Assembly (NCBI RefSeq): GCF_006345805.1
Contig: NC_043000.1
Coordinates: 86,800,001-86,864,000 of the forward strand
Source of the DNA: Octopus sinensis
Lineage: Eukaryota
Direction: 5' to 3'
DNA length: 64,000 nt
In this document: piece after piece, positions 1 to 14,419 of the stretch
Layout of the letters: the number at the start of each line of letters is the position of its first letter
Position numbering within the stretch: the stretch's first letter is position 1
The notes under the pieces: model-generated
The model's database searches: none
What the model was told of the DNA's origin: nothing
Seen by the model: the letters and a program-made list of their open reading frames with translations, nothing else
Translations under genes and position numbers: made by a program

Positions 1-3000
1 GCAAATATTCTAAAACATTAAATGGTTCACAATTTCGTTTTTATTTCTTGAAATCTTAAAATCACTTTTAATCTACCTCATTTGGTTTTTTTTTTTGGTT
101 TTTTTAACACTTGTGGAAAAATTTTAACTAAATATAAATATTAATTTGAATATATTTCATTTTATGTATTTGTTTCTTTTTCACTACTTCCTTTATTTTA
201 CTTTTTTAAATTTCTAAAGCCATATTTCTAAAAGTTATGTTCAAAACTAATTTTAATTCTAAAATGAAGAAAATTTCTCATAATTTATTTCTTTATTTCT
301 TAAAAATAAAGTACAAGTATATAATGAAGACTAATTACAATTGTTTCTTTAAAAACTTTTGTCTCTCAGCTGTTAGATTTATTTTAATAATTAATAACTA
401 AATATATTTCAATAATGTTCCGAATAATTTAATTGACTGAATTTTTAGCAGTCTGTCTTAATTGCCAGATGGAGATATGAATGAATGAATAAATTATAAA
501 AGATTCGTATTTTTGAAGGGCTAGAAATTTTCATAAGTTATCGATTTTTACCCTTTAGCAGTGATCCTTTATCCTTTAATTAAACAGTTATATTGTTAAC
601 AAAATATTCCAGTTCAATTTTCAGTTGTTTACTCCTCTGATTGATATTATAATTAAAAATGACAAACTCAAAGACAAACTTTATTCAGAATATTTTTCAT
701 TTATCAAATATTATCTTTGGTATTTTTGTTTTTTTATTGTCATGCTTTTGAGTTGTTGTTTTTTTCCATTTCTTAATCCTCTTTTAAAAAATAATATAAT
801 GTTTAGCTGTTTTTTGTTTATCTGTATTATCATTATCAGACATTAATGATGTCTACACTTTACTCTTTTACTGCTTTTGTCAATTCAACATTGTGAAATA
901 TTGATCATATTCTTTTGTTGCCTTGTACCTGCTCGACAACAATGTCTAATTCTGTATACACATCATTATTCATATTTTTAAGAAAAAGAAAAAGACATGA
1001 ATAAAAAGACATTTGTTTTTAATCTTGTTTTTTGTTGGTTACTTAATTCTAGAAAGGTGTCTTTCTATTTCATTTTAAAATATTGTTCTTAATCATAATT
1101 TAGATATGTAGGAAACTTGGTTTGCTGTAAGTTTACTCATTCCACAAGAGACAATAGAATTGCTATCAAAATGCTTTGAATTCTTAATCCCTGAACAAAA
1201 TCAAAAGTTACGGTTTTAGGAATGTGTGACAACTGTAGAGCTTAAGTTGGAATTGAATTCAAATCTACATTTGTGTGTACAACTCTTATTTGCTTCGCTT
1301 CACCTAGTTCTCATGAATAAGTATCAGAACTTAGGGAAATTACCTGCAATGGAGTATTATACTATCCAGTTTCTCTTTTATCTGCTTAACACTTTAGAAA
1401 TGAAAATTTATTACTGGTTCTCTAAATTCATATGGTTAGTAAAAATATATATTTCGAATATATGACAATTTTTGAGGCTTTAAAAAATGTGTCCCAATTT
1501 GAACTCCTGCCCAGTGTATAATTTAAACTACTGATTTATAGTGGAAACTTATATTGTGTAATAATTAACAGACATCACTGTCATACAAGCAGTGTCTTTC
1601 ATCTGTAATCTTCCATGAAAATATATCTTGCCATTGTACTGTTCATATTCAAAGGATTAGGATATAAATATTACCTTACTTAGAGACAAGAGAGTGTTGG
1701 CAACAGAAAAGGCAACTAACTGCAGAAAATCTACCTCAGGGAATTCTATCTGACCCATGCAAGCTCAGAAGAGTGGATGTTAAACAATGATGATTATGAT
1801 CAAGATCCAAATATCAAATTTAGTATTTTACAAAAACCTCAAATTTAAGGTTAATTTTTTAGTTTTGAATACCAGCTTATTTGCTAATAATCTTGTTTAT
1901 AAAATATTATTAGATACAATGTTTATTCAGCAGCAGCATCACACTGTTTTCATTTGAAATTTGTTCATCATCTGACTCATAATAATTGCTGGTATGTCCT
2001 TTCTTTACAATGTTTCTAATAAAATATACTGTCTATGATTTTGAATTACTTTTTGAAAATTATCAAGAATTTGCCATTAAAATAATAGAGGACAGTTTTA
2101 ATTTAAACATTTTAAACAGGTGGTTTTGTATCACAGAACCAGATGGTTTGATATCAAAAAGGTTAATAGATGTTCAACTAGAGATATAAATGAAATTATT
2201 GTATACAGTGCTCAGGTGACATAAATAAATTATTTAAAGCAGAACTGGTTTTATTTGTGGTCAGAATAAATTATTATTTGAAGATTTCAGGGTGCATATT
2301 TACAAAAGATATATTTACAACATAGAAAATGTAAACTAAACTGGTTTGGTGTAAATCCTATGGCATATAATGATACTTGTCTTTTTTTTTTTTTCTTTAA
2401 CTGTTTAATATTTGTTTCATTGATTTTCAGTGATTCATAAAACATGAACTGGTAAATTATCATTTTTTTTTTAGATAAATATTGTTGTAATAATATTTTG
2501 TCTTTAGAAATATTGCTGAAGTATAAATAATATCTAAAAGAGCTGGAAATTTCATATCAATGATATATATATTCCAATGTTTTGTTATTTTCCTAAATTC
2601 TAAATACATTTGCACTTTTTTGTCCAGTTTTCTTTCATATTAACTAAAGCTGAACTTCTTACTACAAATGTGTTATTTTTCTAATTCAGTTTGTTTTGTT
2701 TTTTAACTTACAAAATCATTTTATTTAATTAAATTTTGATCACTCAATATTTTTATCTTGGTAATATTTTCAGTATATTATTTTTAATCCTTATTAAAAT
2801 GTTTCAAAACTTCAATTTTTTCCTAAACATTCATTTTCTCATTAAACACTTTTGCTATTTTTCAACTTATTTTTAGTTTCTATATTTGTTTTGCTTATTT
2901 TTCTTGTTTTATTTGCTTTAGTCATTAACTGCCAATTATAATTCAATGACTATTTTGCTGTGTTATTTTAATTTAATTTTGCTACATTAAGTTATATATT

Positions 3001-6000
3001 ATCACTACCCTTGTGGAATTTAGCCAGACAGAAGTCACTGAAACCTGTTACACACATTTATTGTTGTTGATTGACAATGCATCTATTGTTAAAATATAGA
3101 CTATACAAATTTTTAATAAAAGTAAACAGCTTTTAATTATCGTGCACACAGATACAATAGAAATATTGAGTTGTTTCCCTTGAATATTCAATACGCCTAT
3201 ATTTATAATTAAAAGAAAATACTCTTTCACACAAAATTCACTCTACTCTTTTAAATAACTTTCTTGCTATTCTCACTTAATTTTTATAGCATCTTTATTT
3301 ATTGTACACTGTAAACTAATCACCCCAGGTTGTCCTGATAATTCAAATTCTTATCAGGTGATTTCAGTCTAATATGAGAAATTAAAAGATAATTTTTACT
3401 TGTCATAGTTGCTAATTTCCTGTCAACAGACAAAACTCATTATTAGATTTGTAATTGGTTGCCAGCTGGCAGAATCGTTAGCATGTGAGTAAAATCCTTA
3501 GTGACATTTCATCTGTCTTTATGTTCTGAGTTAAAATTCTTCTGAGATCAACTGTGCTTTTCATCCTTTTGAGATCAATGAAATAAGTATCAGTTGAGCA
3601 CTGGGGATGATATAATCAACTAGCCCCCTCCCACAAAATTTCAGGCCTTGTGCCTATAATAGATAGAATTATTAGGTTTGTAATTTCTTCCTTTAGATGT
3701 AAATTTTCTGTATCCATTTCTTATTCACAGAGATTGTTCCATCAATTGAAATATATTCTAAACTTTTAGATCATCTCTGTTGGAGTTTCACTCAATACAC
3801 CAGCAGTCTATCTATCATTCAACAATATCTTTCCCAGCTCTTCCACATGCCATACCCTTAGCTCCTGCACTAGGCTGTTCACTTTTCTTTTTTTCTGTTT
3901 GTACATATCTGCTTCTGTTCTTGCTTATATTTTTATTTATCCCCCCACCCACTACCACCACCTCTCAAATTCAATTATCTGTTTCCATTATTTAAGTTAA
4001 TATATTGTTTGATGCAATGAGTTCAAATCACTGTGATATTGTTACTATGATTAAACTCTGTCTAAGTAGTGACTTCTTACAGAATGCAGTTTGTTGCCAT
4101 GGACCAATGTCTGAAGCAACTGTAGTGGTTTGGTGTCTGTTAGACAACTTCCAAATAAGTGCTGCTACTCAATAATTCCTTTCCAAATTGACATCAGCCA
4201 GCCAGTCAGATGGCCATCCATCCAATAACCAGCTATGGTGTCTGTGCATTTTCCATACTGAGAAGCTTGCAGACATCACCAGGGTGAGTGTGGCTGGACT
4301 ACTTATCTATGTGCTATGATGCGTGCTGGTGCAGCATGTGCCTATTACTACTATTGTTACTATTAATTCAAGTAAACCAAACCCCCACCAGATAGTAATG
4401 TTTGTTATCTTCCAAACAGCATGTCCCCCTGCCCCCCATTATCCCTGTGTCTCAGTTATAGTTTAATAGATTTCCCATAGGAAATGCTTCTTAGTGCATG
4501 ATATTCTATTTAACATCGTTGTTTTACTACCTCTGTTTCCTCCTGTAATTCAGTGCCAATTACAAAGAGTTTTCTTTTTATATATTAAAAAAATAGTACC
4601 ACATTATGGTGATTATTAATTACCAATCAGGTATCATTAATCTTATTAGTAGAACCAAAATTATCATGTTCTATCTATATACAGTAATACCTGTTTGGTT
4701 ATTAACTCTTGTGAAACTAGGTGTCTGCTTCTTGTTTATGACCGTGGTCAGTATTATAGATACTACTCAATTGTCAGTTACTATAACCACAATTTCATGT
4801 TAATATCGTCTTCATTTCTTATCTCATCCCCTTCTTCATCTCTCTTAGTGACTTGTACAATCACATCTTAAATGTGAATTATTGTTTATTTGAAGCTTTC
4901 TTAATTGTGAAAAGATTAAGATATATTTATCTTTAGAATGTATTTTTGATATTTTTATAATGTTATAGATTGAGTTAATAAACAAACATGTACTTGCAGA
5001 TTATTCAATTAGAATGTAACATACAATGAGTATAAAAACAATTGTTAAACACCATAACTGTATTGGTTATTTCTAACATTCTAGTCAGTTCTTCATAGTT
5101 CTGGGAATTTTATTCATTTTTATATTGTTGCTAATCTCATTTCACAAATGGATTTTAAAATGAAAAAAAATTTTTTTTTTGCTTTGAAATTTTTTTAGCA
5201 TTTTGAATTGATGAAAAAAATTACAGAATTCATGTGCTAAATTTTTATCAGTGACTAGCCAGTTATTTTAGATTGTGAATATTTATATTTACTGTGACTG
5301 ATTTTTTTTTTTTTTTTACCATTTAAGAATTCTTTATTATAATTTATGAATTTATTATATTGTAGAAGATGAATTTTTATGATTTGAAGTCTGAAATTTT
5401 TGTGAAATGTTGTATAAAAATATTTTGGGGGCCCAAAAAATATTTCTAATTATTTTTATTATGTTCATAAGAAAATTAAGAAGGCTAGTCTTTGAAAGGA
5501 TTTAAAATAGTTAGCATACAGAATCAAGTTAAACAGAAATGCACTAAAATACAGTGTGCCTTAACATGCTATAGAAATATTATTTCATATGAAATAGTTG
5601 AATTTTTTAGAAGATTCACAAAATAGGCTCAATATAGCCATTGGTATTATAACTATTGTATTTCAAGAAGGAAATTATCTTAGAAATAAGAAAGTGCAGG
5701 GCTATAATTTCTTCCTAATTTAGAATCACTCTTAAGTCTATTTAGAGACATAGGTTTATTTAGTTTACGTAATATGTTCTTCAGCTTGACTTGTTGACCT
5801 TAGTATATTCCATTTGTTATTACTTTTGTTCTATATTAATCTTATTGAACCCTTGTAGCTTCCTTATACACCCTTCCAAAACATCTACCTTTTACTAACA
5901 CCATCCACCAGGTTGTAGCCATGTTGAGACACTACTACATAGTTTACAATATCTTTTTCCATTGTGATTTTTTTTTCAGAAACTTGACGGAATGCTTTCC

Positions 6001-6479
6001 CTTCAAAAAGCAAAATTGTGTATGTGTGTAAGCCCACACACACATTTAGTGTCGATTGTCAGAAGAAATTGTACTCACTATAACAGAGATTAGTAATAAT
6101 TTTATTTTGGTCAAGCTACTCTATTGCTACTCTGGAATTTCACCTGTACATTCATAGGGTCATAACTTGTCTGGAGATGAAACTCCAGAGTGGCACAAGA
6201 CTGACTTGACCAAAACATATATATGCTTACATGTGAGCATGATGAATCCCTAGTTCTCCTTACAACATCTGTCAAGGCAAAAGATAAACCAAAGCATACT
6301 CTGGGGATCATTCCACTCCTAGTCTTCCCAGCCAGTGCTGGGCCACCAGAGGAAAAAGTTGTTAAATCTAAAAAGTGAGTACAGCTCTATACATGCTTTA
6401 CTCACTTTAAATAATTTGTTACTGAGGAATTTCTTGGAAAACACTATGGAAAAAGTTTTGTGGTAATAAGGAGCTGTAA

Positions 6480-7320
6480 AATATACAGGCTTGACCAACT
6501 AGAAGTATGTTAATTGCAAGCCTGCATGAAGGTTGTTGTTCAGCTACTTGAGTTGACTGAGTATTCCTTTCCAAAGATAGCACTGCTCACCTGATAATCA
6601 CAAAAGACCTAAGAAAGGTGGTCGAAACAAAACTTACCTATTTCTGAACCTGTAGGTAATATTTTTATTGTGTGTGTATGTATAACACACACATATGGTA
6701 ATGCCTATATGTTGATGACCTTATATGTAGTACAGGGGTGGAATCAAAGGGCCTCAGAGTTTGCTTAGCAAAGACTTAAGTATTAGCAAGAAAGAAAACA
6801 GACAGGGAAATGAGCTTGCTCAGTATGCTGAGAAGAGTAAGAAGAAATTCCATATAGTCTACCCATTGTAAACTATAGATACACAAGGAGTGCAGTGGAT
6901 TCATAGGCAGGCTTACAGAAAAAGCAGACTTTATATGTAGTAGATGCACGAGAAATACTAACAGCACACATGAAATAAATTTTTGTGAATACCTAAGGGA
7001 TTACCTAGAGGTAGTAGATATTTCTGCTATAGAGGAGAATGTTTTGAAAGTATAGTTGCTTGAATAAGAAGCTGGAGATAGTTCAGGGAGCTATTATTTC
7101 TGTTGATAATACAATTTTACTCTCTCAAGGTGAACAATAGGCTGTATGATGCTTGTCGAAGAACAAAAAATGTTACATGGTAGACAGAAATGGACTCTGA
7201 GCACAGAGGACATACAAATAGTAGAAAGGAATGAAATTAGCATGCTAAACTAGACGTGTGTAAATGATGGAGTACAAATGTGTGAAATGAAAAACTAAGG
7301 GTGAAGTTCAGAGTAGACTG
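6480..7320 (+). mobile_element. Decayed RTE-clade LINE fragment, same family as 14420-16410
   Basis: 6868-6950 (aaactatagatacacaagg...aaagcagactttatatgtagtagatg) aligns with 15690-15770, and 7050-7130 aligns with 15890-15980. Confidence 0.65.
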
Positions 7321-9587
7321 TCAACTTTGATATAATGAATATATATGTTGTATGTGTACACTAGTGTTGCCCTATACTTTTCATTAGTCAACAAGAAAGC
7401 AAGCATAATACACCTACTCAGATAATAGAGTGGGTGTATTATTTATACAGTGTTATGAATTTAGTCTCATAACTGCTAATTCATGTGGAAGAATCTTTGA
7501 AGCATGGAAAGACATATTTTTCATGGTAGACTGGAAATAGAGGCACCTGAAATCAGAACTTAAGTGTCAACAATGGCACACAACTTAAAGAGGTTAGTGG
7601 CTTCATGGACCTTAGGTCCTATGTTGCTGATAGTCAAAAGAAAACTTCCTATAGAAAGCAGTCATCTCATGAAGTTCAAACCTGGACTATAACAAGAAAC
7701 CTCAACACTGCTTGATCATATGTACACCAAGTATACACCAGTGAGATATCAAAATATCTCATGGTGTGAACATAAGACCAAAGAGAAGATCTAAGTACAT
7801 AGTGTACCTATTTCTGTTATAACCGCTCAAAGCAGTGAAGGCTTTATTGGCCACTGCTTTCAGGTTGGACATATGAGATGTTACATCTTGGAGGTTTCCA
7901 CATCCTAGTAGCAGACAAAGACTACTCGATTATTATTGGTGGGCACATAGCAGAAAATTGAGGATCTACCAAAAGCTAATGGAGAATGGTGATTCTTAGT
8001 ATGGTTTTGTGAAACACAACACTTGTTTTCAAGTAAGGTAATGTTTCTCTGTACCTGGACATGATTTTAAAAAAAGATTAGAAGCAAAGGACATTATTTA
8101 TATGATGATGATGTGCCTTTACAATTATCACAAGGTGTCAGGGAAAGGAGACATAAACACACATGCACATATATATATATATATATATGTACAAACACAT
8201 ACATGAAAGGCTTCTTTCAGTTTCTGTCTACTAAAACCAAGGCTTTGGACTATAGCAGACTTTTGCCCAAGGTGCCAAGAAATGAACTTCTTAACCACAT
8301 AATCATGCCTGCACCTAATGTGTGTATATATGTGTACATCATTTGTAATACACACACACACATATATATATAGTCAAATCAAACATTAAAAATAACAAAT
8401 AACAGAAAACTCTATATATGGAATGTATTAGCTTGATACAAACACACACAGCTCTCTTCCCACAGGGAGCGTTGTATTAATTCAGCAATTATTACTCTCT
8501 CCATAGTTTGTATTAAGATATTTATCCCATATTATACATACTAACAACTACACAGAAATATCAAGTCATTTACCACACCAATCATTTTGTTATAATTGTC
8601 TGTGATCTACTAACCCTCTTGTTACCATATTTCTGTTGAAATGATATGGCGTTTGTTTCGATTAATTTTGAAAATATTGAAGAATTTAGTAAAATAACTT
8701 TGACGTTATTAACCTTAACAAGAAATTTTGATTGAATGCTTTAATATAGATGACTTTAAAAAGAGGATTTGTATAATAGAACTAGGGGCAGTTTCAAGCA
8801 GATTAATATCAGAAGAGTTAAAATCTAATGAGATTTGTGCCTTGCCTTTCTCTATGGGTTTTTCAACTTTAGGGGAAATGAATTTTTATCTGATTGCAGA
8901 CTCCTCTGTTAAAAGCTTATCGCTCTACTATACTGCTTACAATAAATAAAGTTCTTCAGTAGTTTCCTCCAATTTTTTTCTTCTGTTAGTCAGTGGAATT
9001 TATGAGTTCATTCCGTTTTTTCTTTTCCTTTTTTTAAAGAATATTATAACAAATTCTTATAAACCTTAATAAATATCTCATCAAGTTGATCTTTTCCATT
9101 ATATTTATATTGATATTTGAAACACTATTTGTAAAACCTAAACATCTATATTACTAAAGCATGTTTTGACTATATTCAATAAGCATGTATAATACTGCCC
9201 TTAAATAGCTTTAAATTTTTTTTTTTTTTTGCACGATAAACCTCTGTGTTGGTTATTATATTTATTATCAACTATTTATTTTTACAAATATTATCTTTAC
9301 TACATAATTTTAATAAAAATTCTTTTACAATATTACATTTATAAATCTAGCAAGATGTGACTAATTTTTCCATATTGATAATAATTTCTAGCATTGAGTA
9401 AAAATATGATGTAGACTTTACAGTTTTGTTACTATCTGATAACTTCTCATTTATAACTTACTACCTTTTGAAAAATTAATTTGAAATCTTAGTATATTTG
9501 TTTTAAAAGTTGTGTTCCAATTAAATTAATACATGCATACTATTATGAATACTTCAGTCATATTAATTTTTTGCTGTTTCTTTTCAG

Positions 9588-9968
9588 AATGTCGTGTGGG
9601 GTTCTATAAGTTGGGTAGCAAATGTGTTGCCACCTGCCCAGTACAGTATTACGGTTACGTTGAAATTGTTTCATCACATAATGGCAATTCAAATAAAACA
9701 GTTGCTACGTGTCGCAAATGTCACCCAGCATGCAATAAATGCAAAGGAGGAAGAAATACTGATTGCTTCGAATGTAATCCTGATTATATTCTAGAAAGCA
9801 GACAATGCATTCCAAAAGAATTCATTGAATCTATGAGTCCTTACAAATTCCTCATTTGGTTTGCATCAATTGTTGTCATGCTCTTTGTCTTTTATTGTGC
9901 GTTTAGGTTGTGCCCACAATACCTAAAGCAACAAGAGAAGCAAAGTATTGATCAACAACCATCTCAAG
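9588..9968 (+). CDS. Fur1: Furin-like proprotein convertase, penultimate coding exon (Cys-rich FU repeats + TM helix)
   Basis: Acceptor ttttcag|AA (9587/9588) and donor CAAG|gtaatt (9968/9969), both phase 1. Encodes ECRVGFYKLGSKCVATCP...CRKCHPACNKCKGGRNTDCFECNPDYILESRQC, whose Cys spacing matches the furin Cys-rich region, then hydrophobic FLIWFASIVVMLFVFYCAF. The catalytic exons are upstream of the window, so furin1 vs PCSK5/furin2 is inferred. Confidence 0.8.
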
Positions 9969-10827
9969 GTAATTAACCTATTTCATTACATCTAGGTTCC
10001 TTACGTTCACACAAAGCTACTAATGATTTGATTTTCCATGTCCTTGTGGTTAAGCTATTATCCGCATACATAAACTGGCTTCAACCAGAATTTTAAATTT
10101 GTCTCATTTGACTTCATTTAAGGAGTTTACCTTCTGGTCCAGTTGATTAAAAGAAAATTTATGCCCAGTGCTAATCAAAATGCAAGATTAGCTTTATTTT
10201 TTTGTTTATTTCCTTAATTTTTATGCCAAAACTTCTGTTGGAGTTAACAGTGCCCTAGCAAGGTAGAGTGGAGGAGGCACAAGAGAGAAAGGGAACCAAG
10301 TACCAAGCATTAGTGAAGGACTGCCACAAGGTTAAGTGGAGGTGTTTGCCAGTAGAGTTTGGCAGGGTTCACAGGTTGTATTCTGAGTGAGGTCAGTGGA
10401 ACTCTAGACATTATAGGAATGAACAGCAGAAGAGCCATCAGGAGTAACATAGAAGCTGCTGAGAAAGTATCTAAATGGTTCCTGTTGAAAAACAATGAAC
10501 AGTATGTTCAATGGTGTTCCTCTCAGACACAGGCCTAGGCTTGATCAGTCTAGGTCAGGGTTGCCTGGATGAGGGTGTATGCTGTAAAAACTGAAACACC
10601 TGGTGGTCCCAGAATGCAATACTGACAATTTGTCCAAGAAGTGTACTGAACTGAGTATTAATCTTGCTTCAAAGATTTTAGATTTGGTTAAATAAAATGA
10701 ATCTGCTGAGAGAAGCAAATTTTAAATTTTTTATTTCAATAGGTGTGTGTGTAATTTATTTAGATGACTAAACTGTTTTTTATTTCATTAAAATAATTTT
10801 CAATTTTTTTTGTTCTACCTTTAACAG

Positions 10828-10919
10828 AAATGTCTATGCCACCAGCACCACCATCACCACTCCAGAATACTTGGTCAACATGTAACCATTCTCACCAACC
10901 TGTGGAACAAGGCTTTTGA
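10828..10919 (+). CDS. Fur1: Furin-like convertase, terminal coding exon (cytoplasmic tail)
   Basis: Polypyrimidine tract + ttaacag|AA acceptor, phase-compatible with the 9968 donor. Reads (E)MSMPPAPPSPLQNTWSTCNHSHQPVEQGF-TGA (10917-10919). Confidence 0.7.
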
Positions 10920-13900
10920 GCTCTCTGAAATATCAAAGTAATTACTTCCTCATCAAATTGGCCAAATGAAGATTTTGGTCTCTTGTAGGCACAACTCCAA
11001 GGAATACTCTTACTAGCCTGCCATATTGAATCGTTGTCCATTCTCAGTCACATTTTGGGTGGGAAATTTAAATGCCAAAACATTGGTAAATGTCTAAGTC
11101 TCAAGATGACAATACACAACTATCTTGGACTCTTATAATGTTATTTTGACAGCTCTGTCATACCTTAATACATTAGCAATCTCTGTCTCTTTCATGATCA
11201 CACACAAACACACAACACCTAAAGCAACGAGAGATGTGTGTGTGTATGTGTGTGTGCAGTAACACATACATACACATTCTAGAAATGAACAAAAACCAAT
11301 TAGTGTAAATGCACTTAAAACTAAATTTCCTGTCAAATTAGGAAATTCAACTGGTATTTATATTTGAGGGGGAAAAAAAAGAAAAAAATTCATGTAATAT
11401 TAATAATTAAGCCAATTACTAATGTTAAAGTTGCTTTCAATTGATAGTATTGCCAAGTCTATATAAAGAATATAGCATATTGTATTCTAAATTATTGCTA
11501 TGTTGTGCGTAAAAGCATGATCAAGATCAGCTATGTGTAAGGTGTGGTTAAGCTTGGGCTTACTCTAAATTATATCCCTGGATGAGATGTTGTGCTAGTC
11601 CAGGCAGGCTGGGGAAAAGCTCTCAATTCAGATGCATCCATTTACTCTTCTATGTTAAATCAAGCTTTCAAACTTCATCATAAAGCTGTGTCCAATACAG
11701 AATAATCTGATGTTTAGGAGTAATAATCTTTACAGAGAATAAATACAGAGGGAGACATAGTTCACATAGGCCCTTTGCATTCATTCTTGATTGATGACTT
11801 CAATCAGAATCCAAACGCCAAAATATTTCAGATTTTTAAAAGGGAAGCTGTATGATCAATTATATCTTTTTGAAATAAGTGAGATGAAAATGTTATGATG
11901 GATCTTCAAATGTGAGCCAGAAAATGGATTAAATGAAATTTAGGAAATTAAAGTCATTGAGATACACCTTTTGTCGCAGTAGATTTAGGTGATATAATAA
12001 TCATATAGAGATAATCTTAGTAAGAATTGAGTGGTAAAATACTATTCACTTGATAAAATATTAGTCACTTGCTACATAGTAGAGACACTAAAAAAAAAGA
12101 AAAACCTATGGAAAAATTAGATTGCAGATAGCTTAAAGCACTCAGCCTTGATGTTAACAATATAAATAAATTGGGATCAAATATTTCAGTCCTTTTCAAA
12201 ATAAAGGGCTAATGGGACATATAAAAGTATTAAGATTTGTATTGTGTGAAGGCATTGTAATTAAAAATAGAAATTACTTGATACAATTAAGGTTATGTAT
12301 CCTTTAATTCCAACCTACTTATGTTGGAAAGAAACAATATGGATAGAAAACCAGAATAGGAATCCTTAATTCTGCTTCCTACAAATAATCCCTAGACTTC
12401 AGAGAATAACTTTATTATAATATAGTTGTTTCATTTTGGATTATTTTTAATGTTTTGTACATTCCTAAGATTGGCAGAAACCTTAGAGTGCTAGACTAGA
12501 ACTAGTTTTAGTAATTTCTTTTTGGGGCCCTGTTTTCAAATCCTATGCAGGATGGCTCAGCCTTTCATCTGTCCATGATTTAAAAATAAGTATTGATTCA
12601 ATTGGTTATAAAACCCACTTTTAGACCAACTAGCTTAGTGTCTAGTCACAATCAGTATTATCCAATATAGTCTTCATTTTTAAATAGTAGTTTTTCATTG
12701 ATTCAGAAAATCCCTCCAGAGGCCTTCAGGAAGTGGAAGGATTAGAAAATTAAATGAAATTATTAAAGTAAATTTTTCATTATAGATTCTAAAAGTTGGT
12801 AATCAGAAGTAATAGATGATATATGAATAAATTTTGTTTATATAGAGCTACATTAATATGAAAACATAAATTAGCTCCATGATTTTTTTAAGTCCAAGGA
12901 AGATTACAGCAGCCATAGACCTCTCTACCATTTCCAGACAATGTGGTTGATGTAGGTGATGTTTTGTTTGAACTTCTGCATGTTGATGCCTGTAGAGAAA
13001 AAGTGAGAACTGCAGTTCTGGGGAGAAAGAATCGGCTGAAGTATTTCTTGGCAGACTTTCAGCTGTCATTAGTATTCTTGTTAATTATATTAAATGGATA
13101 AAAACCTGGAGAACTGAATATAATGTGTGACAAAGCCTAATCCAGAAAAAGTGTCTATAAGTAAAAGAATTTATTCTTAAAATGGAAAGAAAATTCTTTA
13201 GATTTTTGTACTTTACTGAACTTGTACTATCTTTTTACGAATGCATTCTGTTTAAGGTTGTGAGTTACAAAAAGATGTAATACACATTTTTTTTTAATGA
13301 ATCTCTCTGGCTAGTAATTTAGTACAATTTGGCTCTTCCATTCCTTACAATAACATAATACACAGTTGTCGTCAAATTAGTTTTATTCTTCAGAAAGATA
13401 GAATATTTCTGAATTCTCAGTCGCAACTGTGTAAATGCTCTTTTAAAAATATGTATGTAAAAATTTAAAAAATAAGTATTTTAGAAAACTTCCATTTAAA
13501 AAAAAGATCTGCTTAAAATGATTTCACAAAAATGACTGCATTTGAAGTCCTCCTCCTCCTAATTTAAGGCAGTGCCTGTTTACAAAGTATAACAATGTTT
13601 ATACATTTACAAATTTCTCAAAGCTGAATTTCCACTGGATATTTAGCCATCCATCCTAAAATCTAAGGAATCTTCCATCTGACTATATTAAGTCATCCAC
13701 CTTAAGTGTTGTATTAAAGTTCCTGGAAATATCTTGTTATATTTTCATACTGATTCTTACAGAAAATTATTCTTTGTCTACATATCCCATGTTTTCATAT
13801 CTGGCATTTAAGCTATCTTAAAGACTTCTTGTTCCTTTCAAGGAGGACTTGTTTAGCCTAGTTTGGTAACCGAGTTACATTGGGTTACCCACTATATGAA

Positions 13901-14419
13901 AGCTCAATATATTTTGTACAATTTGAGTAAATATTTTTTTCTAGTCTTTGTTTTTATATTTTAGCTTTTGTAATACAACTTCCTAATTTTGATTCTAAGT
14001 CTGCTTTTTCTATGCTGGCTGTGTGAGAAAATGGTAATGGGTTAAGTGTGGCATGACTTTGCATCATTTCTATCATTCTAATTTTGGCTGTTTCTGCTGT
14101 CTCAGGGACTGCATTGACACGTACAACTAAACCATTGTCACCCAGCATTAAAGATTACTTTTCAATATCATTCCACCTACTAAATACCATTTGTACAAAC
14201 AAACTGATGATCTCAATAAAAATACATTTTTAAAAAGAAACATTTTCTTGGTTTTGCTTCATTTATTTAATTTTTCCTTATCGATTATTTGGATGTGGTC
14301 AACATTATCTAATTCGTGGTGGGAAGTGTGTATGAACACAATCTTGACTGTATTAACAGAAGGATTAATTTTATAAAGGCCCATTTGCAGATTACCTCAA
14401 TGACAAATGATAACATTAT

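Noticed and set aside
4083-4285. Exon-like GC-richer segment (ttacag ... cagg|gtgagt)
   Set aside because: In-frame stops in the frames examined and no recognisable protein.
6158-6374. Possible furin exon (ttcatag acceptor, aa|gtgagt donor)
   Set aside because: No single open frame across it and no convertase similarity; more likely a repeat remnant.
9533-9587. ORF-track N-terminus MHTIMNTSVILIFCCFFS
   Set aside because: Intronic polypyrimidine tract upstream of the acceptor. The same holds for 61573-61591.
13600-13760. Faint resemblance of minus-strand ILGWMAKYPVEIQ to a CRESS-virus Rep helicase motif
   Set aside because: No Walker A/B or HUH motifs nearby and many stops; a chance match is likely.
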